Below, in pieces: positions 1 to 11,906 of a stretch of 64,000 bases of DNA. A model generated the notes under the pieces. That model searched no databases. It saw only the letters and a program-made list of their open reading frames with translations, and was not told where the DNA came from. Within the stretch, counting starts at the first letter, position 1. Each line of letters starts with the position of its first letter. The position numbers and the translations under genes are program-made. The stretch is taken from assembly GCA_052327205.1 (NCBI GenBank), contig CM126226.1:10974001-11038000 (forward strand), in the 5' to 3' direction. This DNA is from Somniosus microcephalus (Eukaryota).

Positions 1-1097
1 CACACCACGATAAGTGTTACAAACTGAGCGCCATGAAAACTGGCTGGAAAGTTCTTTCACATGCACCGTAATTCAATGATCACTTAGACATTCATCTGCT
101 GATCTCTTCCTGTTCGTGGATGTCAGAGGATGTTTGGGCTCGATTCCACCTTGTATCGTTGGAATGCCACATTTAGCGAAAATATGTACTGGTGTTGATG
201 TAGTCACTACCGTGCCAAGATATGAGCTGGGCAGCCAGCAGGGAACTGGAAACTAATCCTTGCCAAGTCTACTGGATAGAGCCTGTTGGCAAAACCAAGT
301 GCCGTTTAAGCCTACCACTGCTGGTATTGCTCTTGGTTGCAGGCCTGGCACCAGGAGATGGCACGAGTGATCAGCAGCTTCCCTGCTGATGATCGCCAAG
401 TTCCTTGTCGCTCTGCTGATCCTCTTCCAACAAACTGAAACTTGCTGATGTCCCCCATGTTGCTGCTTGAACTGAAACGGTCAAGTTGTTCGTTGCAATG
501 GCTCCTACTTTGCTCTGTGCTGGACCTCTGCGACTGTTGCCACTGCCTCATTGCCACTTGTGCGGCAGACATCATTTCAGCGACACGGACTGAAAGCACG
601 CAAGAGTAAATGTCCATGCTTTCTTTTAATCAGTGGTTGACCAGCCCTTAACGAGTCGAAAGCTCATCAACACCAATCCTGGTGCTGAACCAGGAACATT
701 TTTGGCAACTTGGGCTAAAGTGCATTAATGTTTTGTTCGTGATAATGCACCACGTTAATATACACATAGCTTGTGTATGTTTGTGTTGAACAGCTGGGAA
801 GGAAAGTCAGCCCTCGAAGGACTCACTTAGTGGGTTTACTATGCTGCTCGTATTACTTTACTGCTTATCTGTTGTAAACACATTTTAATCTGTGGTTGTT
901 TCATTGTTTTGGCTGCTCTGAATCCACCACAGTGACCTAGATCTAGAATTACTAGGGAGTTGTACATCTGTATTTTGAGGACTTCCTAAACCACGAGTGA
1001 AAAGCTGGAAACTTACAGTTTTTAACTCCTTCCTAATGGGTGTGTTTTTATGTGTGGTGGGAAGGGGGTTTATGTTAACTTAGAGGTTGCTTGCTAG

Positions 1098-2582
1098 TGT
1101 AACCCCTTCACGGTTCTCTAGATATATGTGAGATGTGGTCTCTGTTGTAGACAGTATTCTATAGTCCAGTAAGGAGATCACTACTACTATGGCTTAATTC
1201 TAATTATCTTACTTTATAGTTTTAACGTCAGACAGTATAAGAAGATTACAGGTCAATGAACTAAATTAGACATTTGCATACATTAGAATGAATCTAGACA
1301 TAATAAACATACATTCTCCATTTACATGGATTCAAAGGAGAATCTGTCCCTGTGTCCAAATTCGAGTGCACTCTTTCGTTGGCGCGCTTAAGTTGGAGCT
1401 CATGGTATGTATAATGTCTGCAAGACTTACGACTCCGAACCCCTTCGTTGAATTCTCTTCACGATCACTGAATCCCACTTTGAGTTCTGGATGCAGAGCT
1501 ACTAATACGAAGGGCGGCGGCCGAGTTTGGAAGCCCGGGACGGGATGCGGCAGCCATTTGCCTCCTGAGCCCTCTTTTCAGAGCTCCCGTCGTCTTTTCT
1601 TCCAGTCACTCCTTTTTAAACTGCCGGGCTCTGCTCGCGCTCTCGGGCCTCGCTCTTTTAAACTGCCGGGCTCTGCTCGCGCTCTCGGGCCTCGCTCTTT
1701 TAAACTGCCGGGCTCTGCTCGCGCTCTCGGGCCTCGCTCTTTTAAACTGCCGGGCTCTGCTCGCGCTCTCGGGCCTCGCTCTTTTAAACTGCCGGGCTCT
1801 GCTCGCGCTCTCAGGCCTCGCTCTTTTAAACTGCCGGGCTCTGCTCGCGCTCTCGGGCCTCGCTCTTTTAAACTGCCGGGCTCTGCTCGTGCTCTCGGGC
1901 CTCGCTCTTTTAAACTGCCGGGCTCTGCTCGCGCTCTCGGGCCTCTCGGGCTTTGCTCTTTTAAACTGGCGGGCTCTGCTCGCGCTCTCGGGCCTCGCTC
2001 TTTTAAACTGCCGGGCTCTGCTCGCGCTCTCGGGCCTCGCTCTTTTAAACTGCCGGGCTCTGCTCCCACTCTCGGGCCTCGCTCTTTTAAACTGCCGGGC
2101 TCTGCTCGTGCTCTCGGGCCTCTCGGGCCTCGCTCTTTTAAACTGCCGGGCTCTGCTCGCGCTCTCGGGCCTCTCGGGCTTTGCTCTTTTAAACTGGCGG
2201 GCTCTGCTCGCGCTCTCGGGCTTTGCTCTTTTAAACTGCCGGGCTCTGCTCGCGCTCTCGGGCCTCGCTCTTTTAAACTGCCGGGCTCTGCTCCCGCTCT
2301 CGCTCTTTTTAAAAACCCGACTCCATCTTTTAAAAACCCGACTCCACCCCTTCCTCCTGGGGTTTCTGCCTGGAGACTGCACAGCCTCACTGTCTGCAAC
2401 AGTTGATACTGGTGCAGAATTATGGAAAGTCTGCTCTTAGTCACATTGTGTCCTTAAAAGTTCTTGCCGTACCTTCACATGGGCAACTTTAACCCAGGGA
2501 TTTATAACAATGATAATACAGTGTGTAAGTTAAAGATTGATAACCATACTTAGCGTACATAACATTTCCAGTGGGTATTACA
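1098..2582. mobile_element. Solo LTR (~1485 bp) with 4-bp TSD CTAG, carrying an internal minisatellite
   Basis: Begins TGTAACCCC and ends GGGTATTACA (TG...CA, imperfect terminal inverted repeat). CTAG is duplicated at 1094-1097 and 2583-2586. No internal coding region. Confidence 0.75.
1614..2305. repeat. 42-bp GC-rich minisatellite, ~16 units (three 51-bp variants)
   Basis: Unit TTTTAAACTGCCGGGCTCTGCTCGCGCTCTCGGGCCTCGCTC; variants add 9 bp. Followed by two copies of TTTTAAAAACCCGACTCCA (~2306-2346). Confidence 0.97.
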
Positions 2583-2614
2583 CTAGTAAAAGATCAGTTG
2601 GGCTACCTACCTCG

Positions 2615-2775
2615 TGTTGGCCGACATGGTAAAGGCTGTGTGTACCTGAGCCAGAAGGTCCCAAGTTTGATCTCTAGTCTGTACTGAGCCGGGATGGTAG
2701 TGGCTGGAGTGCTGCAGTTGGCCTTCGTGTGCCTGGGTTCAGGAGGTGACAGCCGGCCAGGCTTCCCACTTTTTG
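2615..2775 (+). mobile_element. Old tRNA-derived SINE remnant (AmnSINE2-like); similar remnants at ~20170-20325 (-) and ~60330-60480 (+)
   Basis: CTGAGCCAGAAGGTCCCAAGTTTGATC B-box-like head and downstream GGTTCCC(A/C)CTCCTG-type block shared loosely among three places. Family name is from recollection only. Confidence 0.35.
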
Positions 2776-3197
2776 TAGAAGAGAAAACGAGCGCGAGGCT
2801 GCAGCTCCGGCGGGGATGGGATGGGATGGGCCCACCATGTTGCGCTCCCCATTGTCTTGATGCGCTCATGGTGAGAAACCACTTGCATGAGACTACGGAG
2901 AGTGTCATGGGACCATACCCAGCACAAGGTAGCACCTTCAGCAGATGATCAAAAAACTGAAGTTAGAGCACGATTGATTTTCTTGGCTGATGCATCTGTC
3001 ACGCCCCCAGTTTTGTAGGTTGCAATGATCACTATAACTAGTTGGTTACTCATGGCTTTACTCACAGTAAGTCAAGTGATATACTGATTATCACAGTAGA
3101 GAAGATAGTTATAGCAGAAACCTGTATCGATAATTATTACCTGTAACAGGTGGTTTTCACAGTTGGCTTGATGTTCTCTTCTGCACTGGGCCTTCAG

Positions 3198-4180
3198 TTC
3201 TTTTTCATTCTCGGGATGTGGGCATCGCTGGTGAGGCCAGCATTTATTGTCCTCCACCATTCACAACTGGATGTGTCAGGACTGCAGAGCTTTGATCTGA
3301 TCTGTTGATTGAGGGATCGCTTCGCTCTGTCTATAGCATGCTGCTTCCGCTGTTCAACATGCATGTAGTCCTGTGTTGCAGCTTCCCCAGGTTGGTACCT
3401 CATTTTTAGGTATGCTTGGTGCTGCTTCTGGCCTGCTCTTCTACACTCCTCATTGAACTAGGGTTGGTCCCCTGGCTTGATGGTAATGGTAGAGTGAGGG
3501 ATATGCCAGGCCACAAGGTTACAGATTGTGGTGGTATACAATTCTGCTGCTGATGGCCCACATCGCCTCATGGATGCGCAGTTTTGAGCTGCTAGATCTG
3601 TTCTGAATCTATCCCATTTAGCACGGATGTAGTGCCACGCAACATGATGGAGGGTGTCCTCTGTGAAGACATGACTTCATCTGCACAAGGATTGTGCGGC
3701 AGTCACTGCTACCAATACTGTCACGGACAGATGCATCTGTGACAGGTAGATTGGTGAGGACGACGTCAAGTAGGTTTTTCCCTCATTTTGGTTCTCTCGC
3801 CATCTGCCACAGGCCCAGTTTGGCAGCTTTGTCCTTCAGGATTCGGCCAGCTCGGTCAGTAGTGGTGCTACCGAGCCACTTTTGGTGATGGACATTGAAG
3901 TTCCCCACCCAGAGTACATTCTGTGCCCTTGCTACTCAGTGCTTCTTCCAAGCGGTGTTCAACAAGGAGGAGTACTGATTCATTAGCTGAAGGAGGGCGG
4001 GAGGTGGTAATCAGCAGGAGGTTTCCTTGCCCATGTTTCACCTGATGCCATGAGATTTCATTGGGTCCGGAGTCAATGTTGAGGACTCCCAGCGTCATTC
4101 CCGACAGTATACCACAGTGCCGCCACCACCTCTGGTGAGTCTGTCCTGCCACTGGGACAGGACATACCCAGGGATGGTGA
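3198..4180 (-). mobile_element. Degenerate APE-RT LINE (family B, CR1/L2-group), internally deleted: endonuclease region joined directly to the 3' tail
   Basis: Reverse complement matches 46385-47310 (endonuclease; ...TTxRPPSANESVL...) and then the 3' tail at 53805-53860. A short continuation lies at ~7873-7897 beyond the nested CR1. Confidence 0.85.
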
Positions 4181-7100
4181 TAGAAACATAGAATATAGGA
4201 GCAGGAGTAGGCCATTCGGCCCCTCGAGACTGCTCCGCCATTCAATGAGATCATGGCTGATCGTCCAAATTCAGTACCCTGTCCCTGCCTTCTCTCCATA
4301 TCCCTTGATCCCTTTAACCTTAAGAAATATATCCAACTCCTTCTTGAATATATTTAATGAACTGGCCTCTACTGCCTTCTGTGGTAGAGAATTCCACAGG
4401 TTCACCACTCTCTGGGTGAAGAAACTCATCCTCATCTCAGTCCTAAATGGCTTACCCCTTATCCTTAGTCTGTGACCCCTGGTTCTGGACTCCCCGACCA
4501 TCGGGAACATCCTTCCAGCATCTAGTCTGTCTAGTCCTGTTAGAATTTTATAAGTTTCGATGAGATCCCCTCTAATTCTTCTAAACTCCAGCGAGTATAA
4601 GCCCAATCGACCCAATCTCTCCTCATACGTCATTCCTGCCATCCCAGGTATCAGCCTGGTGAATCTTCGCTGCACTCCCTCCATGGCAAGAACATCCTTC
4701 CTCAGATAAGGTGACCAAAACTGCACACAATACTCAAGGTGTGGTCTCACCAAGGCCCTGTACAACTGCAGCAAGACATCCTTGTTCCTGTACTCAAACA
4801 CTCTCGCTACGAAGGCCAACATACTATTTGCCTTCTTAACCGCCTGCTGCACCTGCATGCTTACTTTCAGCGACTGATGCACAAGGATGCCCAGGTCTCG
4901 TTGCACTTCCCCTTCTCCCAATCTATTGCCATTCAGATAATAATCTGCCTTCCTGTTTTTGACACCAAAGTGGATAACCTCGCATTTATCCACGCTATAT
5001 TGCATCTGCCATGCTTCTGCCCAATCACCCAACCTGGCCAAATCATACTGGAGTTTCTCCTCCCAGCACACACGCCCACCCAGCTTTGTGTCATCTGCAA
5101 ACTTGGAGATATTACATCTAGTTCCCTCATCCAGATCATTAATATATATTGTGAATAGCTGGGGTCCAAGGACCGATCCCTGCGGTACCCCATTAGTCAC
5201 TGCCTGCCACTCGGAAAAAGAGCCGTTTATTCCAACTCTTTGCTTTCTGTCTGCCAACCAGTTCTCTATCCAAGTCAATAGCTTGCCCCCAATCCCATGT
5301 GCCTTAATTTTACACGCTAATCTCTTATGCGGGACCTTATCGAAAGCCTTTTGAAAATCCAAATACACCACATCCACTGGTTCTCCCTTATCTATTTTAC
5401 CAGTTACATCCTCAAAAAATTCCAGTAGATTATTTGAGCACAATTTACCTTTTGTAAATCCATGTTGACTTTGTCCGATCCGGTCACTTTTTTCCAAGTG
5501 TTCTGCTATTCCATCCTTTATAATGGACTCTAGCATTTTCCCCACTGCCGATGTCAGGCTTACCGGTCAGTAATTCCCCGTTTTCTCTCTACCACCCTTT
5601 TTTGAACAGTGGGGTAACATTAGCTACCCTCCAATCCATGGGTACTGTTCCAGAATCTATCGAATTTTGGAAGATGACCCGCAATGCATCTACTATTTCT
5701 AGGGCCACTTCCTTAAGTACCCTAGGATGTAGATTATCAGGCCCTGGGGATTTATCAGCCCTGAATCCCATCAATTTCCCGAACACCATTTCCCTACAAA
5801 TACTGATTTCTATCAGTTCCTCCCTGTCATTAGACCCTATGTTCCCCGACATCTTTAGGAGGTTATTTGTGTCCTCCTTTGTGAAGACAGAACCAAAGTA
5901 TGTATTGGTCTGCCATTTCTTTGTTCCCCATTATACATTTCCCTGATTCTGACTGCAAGAGACCTACGCTTGACTTCACCAATCTTTTTCTCTTCACATA
6001 TCTATAAAAGCTTTTACAGTCAGTGTTTATGTTCCCTGCAAGCTTACTCTCATATTCTATTTCCCCCTTTTTAATTAATCCCTTTGTCCTCCTTTGTTGA
6101 ATCCTAAACTGCTCCCAATCCTCAGGTTTACTGCTTTTTCTGGCCAATTTATATGTCCTCTCCTTGGATTTTATGCTATCCCTAATTTCCCTTGTTAGCC
6201 ACAGTTGAGTCACCTTTTTTGTTTTATTTTTATGCCAAATTGGGATGAACAAATTCTGTAGTTCATCCATGCGATCTTTGAATGTTTGCCATTGCCCATC
6301 CACCGTCAACCCTTTGAGTGTCATTCCCCAATCAATCCTACCCAACTCGCACCTCATACCATCGTAGTCTCCTTTATTTAAATTCAGGACCCTAGTCTCC
6401 GAGTCAACTATTTCACTCTCCATCTTAATGAAGAATTCGATCATATTATGATCGCTCTGACCCAAGGGACCTCGCATAACAAGATTGCTAATTAATCCTT
6501 TCTCATTACATAATACCCAGTCTAAGATGGCCTGATCTCTAGTTGGTTCCTCGACATATTGGTCCAGGAAACCATCCCGTATACACTCCAGGAATTCCTC
6601 CTCCACGGTATTGTTACTAATTTGGTTAGCCCAATCTATATGTAGATTAAAGTCACCCATGATAACTACTGTGCCCTTATTGCACGCTTCTCTAATTTCA
6701 CGTTTGATGCCATCCCCGACCTCCGCATTACTGTTTGGAGGTCTATATACCACTCCCACTAACGTTTTCTGCCCCTTGGTATTTTTCAGTTCTACCGATA
6801 CAGATTCCACATCATCAGAGCTAATATCCTTCCTTTAGATTGTGTTAATCCCCTCTTTTAACCAGCAATGCTACCCCACCTCCTTTTCCTTTTTGCCTAT
6901 CTTTCCTGAATATTGAGTATCCCAGTATATCGAGTTCCCAGCCTTGGCCACCCTGGAGCCATGTTTCCGTAATCCCAATCATATCATATTTGTTTACCTC
7001 TATTTGCGCAGCTAATTTATCCACCTTATTACAAATGCTCCTTGCATTAAGACACAAAGCCTTCAGGCTTGTTTTTTTAACGCTCTTAGATCTTTTAGAA

Positions 7101-7876
7101 TTATTATTTACTGTGGCCATGTTTGATTTAAACCCTTGATTTCTCTGCCTGCCACTTTTGTTTTTCTCCTTCCTGTCTTTTGCTTTTATCCTTGTTTCCC
7201 TTTCCTCCGTCTCTCCGCTCAGGTTCCCAACCCCCTGCCATTTTAGTTTAAACCCTCCTCCAGAGCACTAGCAAACACTCCCCCCAGGACATCGGTCCCG
7301 GCCCTGCCCAGGTGCAAGCTGTCCGTTTTGTACTGTTCCCACCTCCCCCAGAACTGGTTCTAATGTCCCAGAAATTTGAATCCCTCCCCGTTGCACCATT
7401 CCTCTAGCCACGTATTCATCTGAAATATCTTTCTATTTCTACTCTGACTAGCACGTGGCACTGGTAGCAATCCTGAGATTACTACCTTTGAGGTCTTACT
7501 TTTTAAATTTACCTCCTAACTCCCTATATTCAGCTTTTAGGACCTCATCCCGGTTTTTACCTATATCGTTGGTACCTATATGCACCACGACAACTGGCTG
7601 TTCACCCTCCCCTTCCAAAATGTTCTGCAGCCGCTCTGAGACATCCTTGACCCTTGCACCAGGGAGGCAACACACCATCCTGGAGTCTTGTTTGCGGCCG
7701 CAGAAACGCCTATCTATTCCCCTTGCAATAGAATCCCCTATCACTATAGCTCTCCCAGTCTTTTTCCTCCCATCCTGTGCAGCAGAACCACCCCTGGTGC
7801 CAGGAAGTTGGCTGCTGCTACCTTCCCCTGGTAAGCCATCCCCCCCATCAGTATCCAAAGCGGTATATCTGAGAGG
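4181..7876 (-). mobile_element. CR1 LINE copy 1, 5'-truncated within ORF1, nested in LINE family B
   Basis: ORF1 esterase (GDSIARG, VHIGTND) at 7496-7870. ORF2 pieces: APE (6845-7120, 5863-6810; GDFN, SDH) and RT (4271-5545; QGSVLGP, FADD). The 3' end has TTCTATGT-type repeats. Confidence 0.95.
4271..7120 (-). pseudogene. CR1 ORF2 (APE endonuclease + reverse transcriptase), frameshifted
   Basis: Four consecutive ORF pieces with ITETW, YRPP, GDFN, YLDFQKAFDKVPH and KFADD motifs. Confidence 0.93.
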
Positions 7877-8867
7877 AGTCTGAGACGTTGGTTGAAAACT
7901 AATGGGGCAAGAACGGATGAGTTTGTTCAAGTCTAAAGAGGTTCCCCTATTCGATTGGCCTGGCAGGAAAGTGAGGAAAGCTGGTAGTTTGAGAGATTGA
8001 ACTCTGACCAAACCCAGGATCCTTACAGCCTCGCCATACAAGATGGCGGGCAGTGTATCTTCAGCTTGTATTTTTACCCCCCTTTCTTTTAAAAGTTGTT
8101 CAATCCAATCTGGTCATGTTACAGATCTTTTATGACCGGCAAGCGTTGAATTCTAGATTTAAGTGATAACTTTTCCTATTTTTTAAATTAATAATGCAAT
8201 TTCTACTTTATGATAAGTAACATGAGAAACTTTAAGAATCTTCATTCATCCCAAGATGTTGGAAGTGTGTTTTGAAGGCTGCATAAAGGATTGATCATAC
8301 ATCTTGTATGCTGTCTCCAGAAATTCAATGGTTTTGGCCAATTTTCACCACCTCACTTCTGAAGGTGCTGGCCATTGCTAGGACACAGTCACCTGGCCAC
8401 TGGTCCACAGAAAGCATGATGGCTGAATCTAATACTACCCTCACCTGGCGTCTGCACGTGCACACTTTCCAACAAGAGTCGCTGGATTGTAATCTGAGGC
8501 AGGAACCATAATTCCATGTACTTGCTAACTGAGCCATTAAGGTGAAGAGCTGTCGGGAATTATCCCATACCTGCCATGGTCCATTCTCCCCTCCCACTCC
8601 TGGAAACATTTTAATTCGAGAGTTGCTGAAACTCAAAATTCAGACGTGATCACTCTCAAAGTTTCTGGCTTTGTTTTGTAGTTGAATGCGAGAACCGTGG
8701 AGTTTATAGATCTGACCAATATTGCACTGCTCATTCGTTTGGGGGAATAGGGCAGAAACTGAAGGCAAGGGGGAACCACTGCACAAGTAACTGCTGGAAC
8801 ATGGCACGAGTGGGTCACGTTGACCTCCTTCTCCCTCGACAGTGACCGAGATGAAGAGCTTGGCTCA

Positions 8868-11800
8868 TTACATACATACGAATTAGGAGCAGGAGTCGGC
8901 CACTCGGCCCTTCGAGCCTGCTCTGCCATTCAATAACATCATGGCTGATCCAATTACTCCACATTCCCGCCTACCCCCGATAATTTTTCACCCCCTTGCT
9001 TACCAAGAATCTATCTACCTCTGCCTTAAAAATATTCAAAGACTCTGCTTCCACCGCCCTCTGAGGAAGAGAGTTCCAAAGACTCACGACCCTCTGAAAA
9101 AATTTCTCCTCATCTGTCTTAAATGGGTGGCCCCTTATTTTTAAACAGTGACCCCTAGTTCTAGATTCTCCCACAAGAGGAAACATCCTCTCCACATCCA
9201 CCCTGTCCAGACCCCTCAGGATCTTATATGTTTCAATCAAGTCACCTCTTACTCTTCTAAACTCCAGCGGATACAAGCCTAGCCTGTCCAACCTTTCCTC
9301 ATAAGACAACCCGCCCATTCCAGGTATTAGTCTAGTAAACCTTCTCTGAACTGCTTCCAACGCATTTACATCCTTCCTTAAATAAGGAGACCAATACTGT
9401 ACACAGTACTCCAGATGTGGTCTCACCAATGCCCTGTATAACTGAAGCATAACCTCCCTACTTTTGTATTCAATTCCCCTTGCAATAAACGATAACATTC
9501 TATTCGCTTTCCTAATTACTTGCTGTACCTGCATAGTAACCTTTTGAGATTCATGCACTAGGACACCCAGATCCCTCTGCATCTCAGAGCTCTGCAATCT
9601 CTCACCATTTAGATAATATGCTTTTTTATTCTTCCTGGCAAAATGGACAACATCACATTTTCCCACATTATACTCCATTTGCCAGATCTTTGCCCACTCA
9701 CTTAACCTATCTATATCCCTTTGTAGCCTCCTTATGTCCTCTTCACAATTTACTTTCCTACCTATCTTTGTGTCATCAGCAAATTTAGCAACCATACCTT
9801 CGGTCCCTTCATCCAAGTCATTTATATAAATTGTAAAAAGTTGAGGCCTCCGCACTGATCCCTGTGGCACACCACTCGTTACATCTTACCAATCAGAAAA
9901 TGACCCATTTATGCCTACTGTTTCTTGTTAGCTAGCCAATCTTCTGTCCATGCCAATATGTTACCCCTACACCATGAGCTTTTATTTTCCGCAATAACCT
10001 TTGATGTGGCATCTTATCAAATGCCTTCTGGAAATCTAAGTACAGTACATCCACCGGTTCCCCTTTATCCACAGCACCTGTTACTTCCTCAAAGAACTCC
10101 AATAAATTGGTTAAACATGATTTCCCTTGCACAAAACCATGTTGACTCTGCCTGATGACTTTGAACTTTTCTAAATGCCCTGCTATAATGTCTTTAATAA
10201 TAGCTTCTAACATCTTCCCTATGACAGATGTTAAGCTAACTGGCCTGTAGTTTCCGGCTTTCTGGCTCCCTCCCTTTTTGAATAAAGGAGTTACATTCGC
10301 TATTTTCCAATCTAATGGAACCTTCCCCGTATCTAGGGAATTTTGGAAAATTAAAACCAACGCATCAACTATCTCACGAGCCACTTCTTTTAAGACCCTA
10401 GGATGAAGTCCATCAGGACCCGGGGACTTGTCAGCCCGCAGCTGCAACAATTTAACAATTTGCTCAGTATCACTTCCCTGGTGATTGTAATTTTCTTGAG
10501 TTCCTCCCTCCCTTCCATTTCCTGATTTACGGTTATTTCTGGGATGTTACTTGTATCCTCTATAGTGAAGACCGATGCAAAATACCTGTTCAATTCAACT
10601 GCCATCTCCTTATTTTCCATTATTAATTCCCCAGACTCACTTTTTATAGGACCAGTGCTCACTTTGTTAACTCTTTTCTTTTTAAAATATCTATAGAAAC
10701 TCTTACTATCTGTTTTTATATTTCTAGCTAGCTTTCTCTCGTACTCTAATTTTTCTCTCCTTATTAATCTTTCAGTCATTCTTTGCTGTTTTTTATATTC
10801 TGTCCAATCTTCTGACCTGCCGCCCATTTTTGTACAATTATATGCTTTTTCTTTAAGTTTAATACGATCTTTAACTTTTTTAGTTAGCCACGGATGGTGG
10901 GTCCTCAGTTTGGAATATTTCTTTCTTGTTGGAATGTATATATTCTGTGTATTTTGAAATATCCCCTTAAATGTCTGCCACTGCAACTCTATTGACCTAT
11001 CCCTTAACCTAATTTGCCAGTTTACTTTAGCTAGCTCTGCTTTCATGCCCTCATAGTTGCCCTTATTTAAGTTTAAAATACTAGTCTTGGACCCACTCTT
11101 CTCTCTATCAAACTGAATGTAAAATTCAATCATATTATGATCGCTGCTACCTAGGGGCGCCTTCACTATGAGGTCATTAATTAATCCTATCTCATTGCAC
11201 AATACCAGGTCTAGTTTAGCCGACTCTCTGGTTAGCTCCAGAACATGCTGTTGTAAGAAAGTATCCCGAAAACATTCCATGAACTCATCTATGCTACCTT
11301 TACCCATCTGATTTTTCCAGTCTATATGCAGATTAAAATCCCCCATGATTATTGCCGTACCCTTCTGATAAGCTCCCATTATTTCTTCCTTTATACTCCA
11401 TCCTACCATGTGGTTACTGTTAGGGGGCCTGTACACCACTCCCACAAGTGACTTCTTGCCTTTATTATTTCTCATCTCTACCCAAACCGCTTCTACATCC
11501 TGGTTTCCTGAACTTAGGTCATCCCTCTCTATTGTGCTAATACCATCATTAATTAACAGAGCCACCCCCCCACCTTTTCCCACCTTCCTGTTCTTCCTAA
11601 ATGTCATGTACCCTTCAATATTCAGGTCCCAATCTAGGTCATCCTGCAGCCATGTTTCTGTAATGGCTATCAGATTATATTGATTTATTTCTATTTGCGC
11701 TATCAGTTCATCTGTTTTGTTTCGAATGCTACGTGCATTCAGATGCAGAGCCTTTAGTTTTGTCCCTTTATTATTTTTGTAACCTCTAGCCTTATCTGTT

Positions 11801-11906
11801 GATTTACTCTCAGATTTGTACTCTCTATCCCTTCCTGTCACAGTCTGTTTATTATTTCCCATATGAATACCTTTCTTTATTACCTTGTCTCTAATCTTTG
11901 AATTAC
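8868..11906 (-). mobile_element. CR1 LINE copy 2, 3' part (ORF2 and tail)
   Basis: ORFs 10390-11862 (APE), 9932-10450 and 8971-9870 (RT, KFADD); CR1 tail at 8868-8960. Resumes at 17021 after the nested LTR element. Confidence 0.95.

Noticed and set aside
33-71. Mariner-like peptide GWKVLSHAP
   Set aside because: Ends in a stop immediately, with no YSPDLAP motif or TIR; too short to support.
1288-2444. Four overlapping long ORFs on both strands (collagen- or SR-like repeats)
   Set aside because: An arithmetic result of a 42/51-bp GC-rich repeat with few stop codons; it lies inside a solo LTR and the flanks have no protein-like signal.
7496-8041. Chimeric ORF fusing unique sequence to the CR1 esterase
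   Set aside because: A chance open frame across the CR1 5'-truncation junction; the esterase is itself truncated by a stop.
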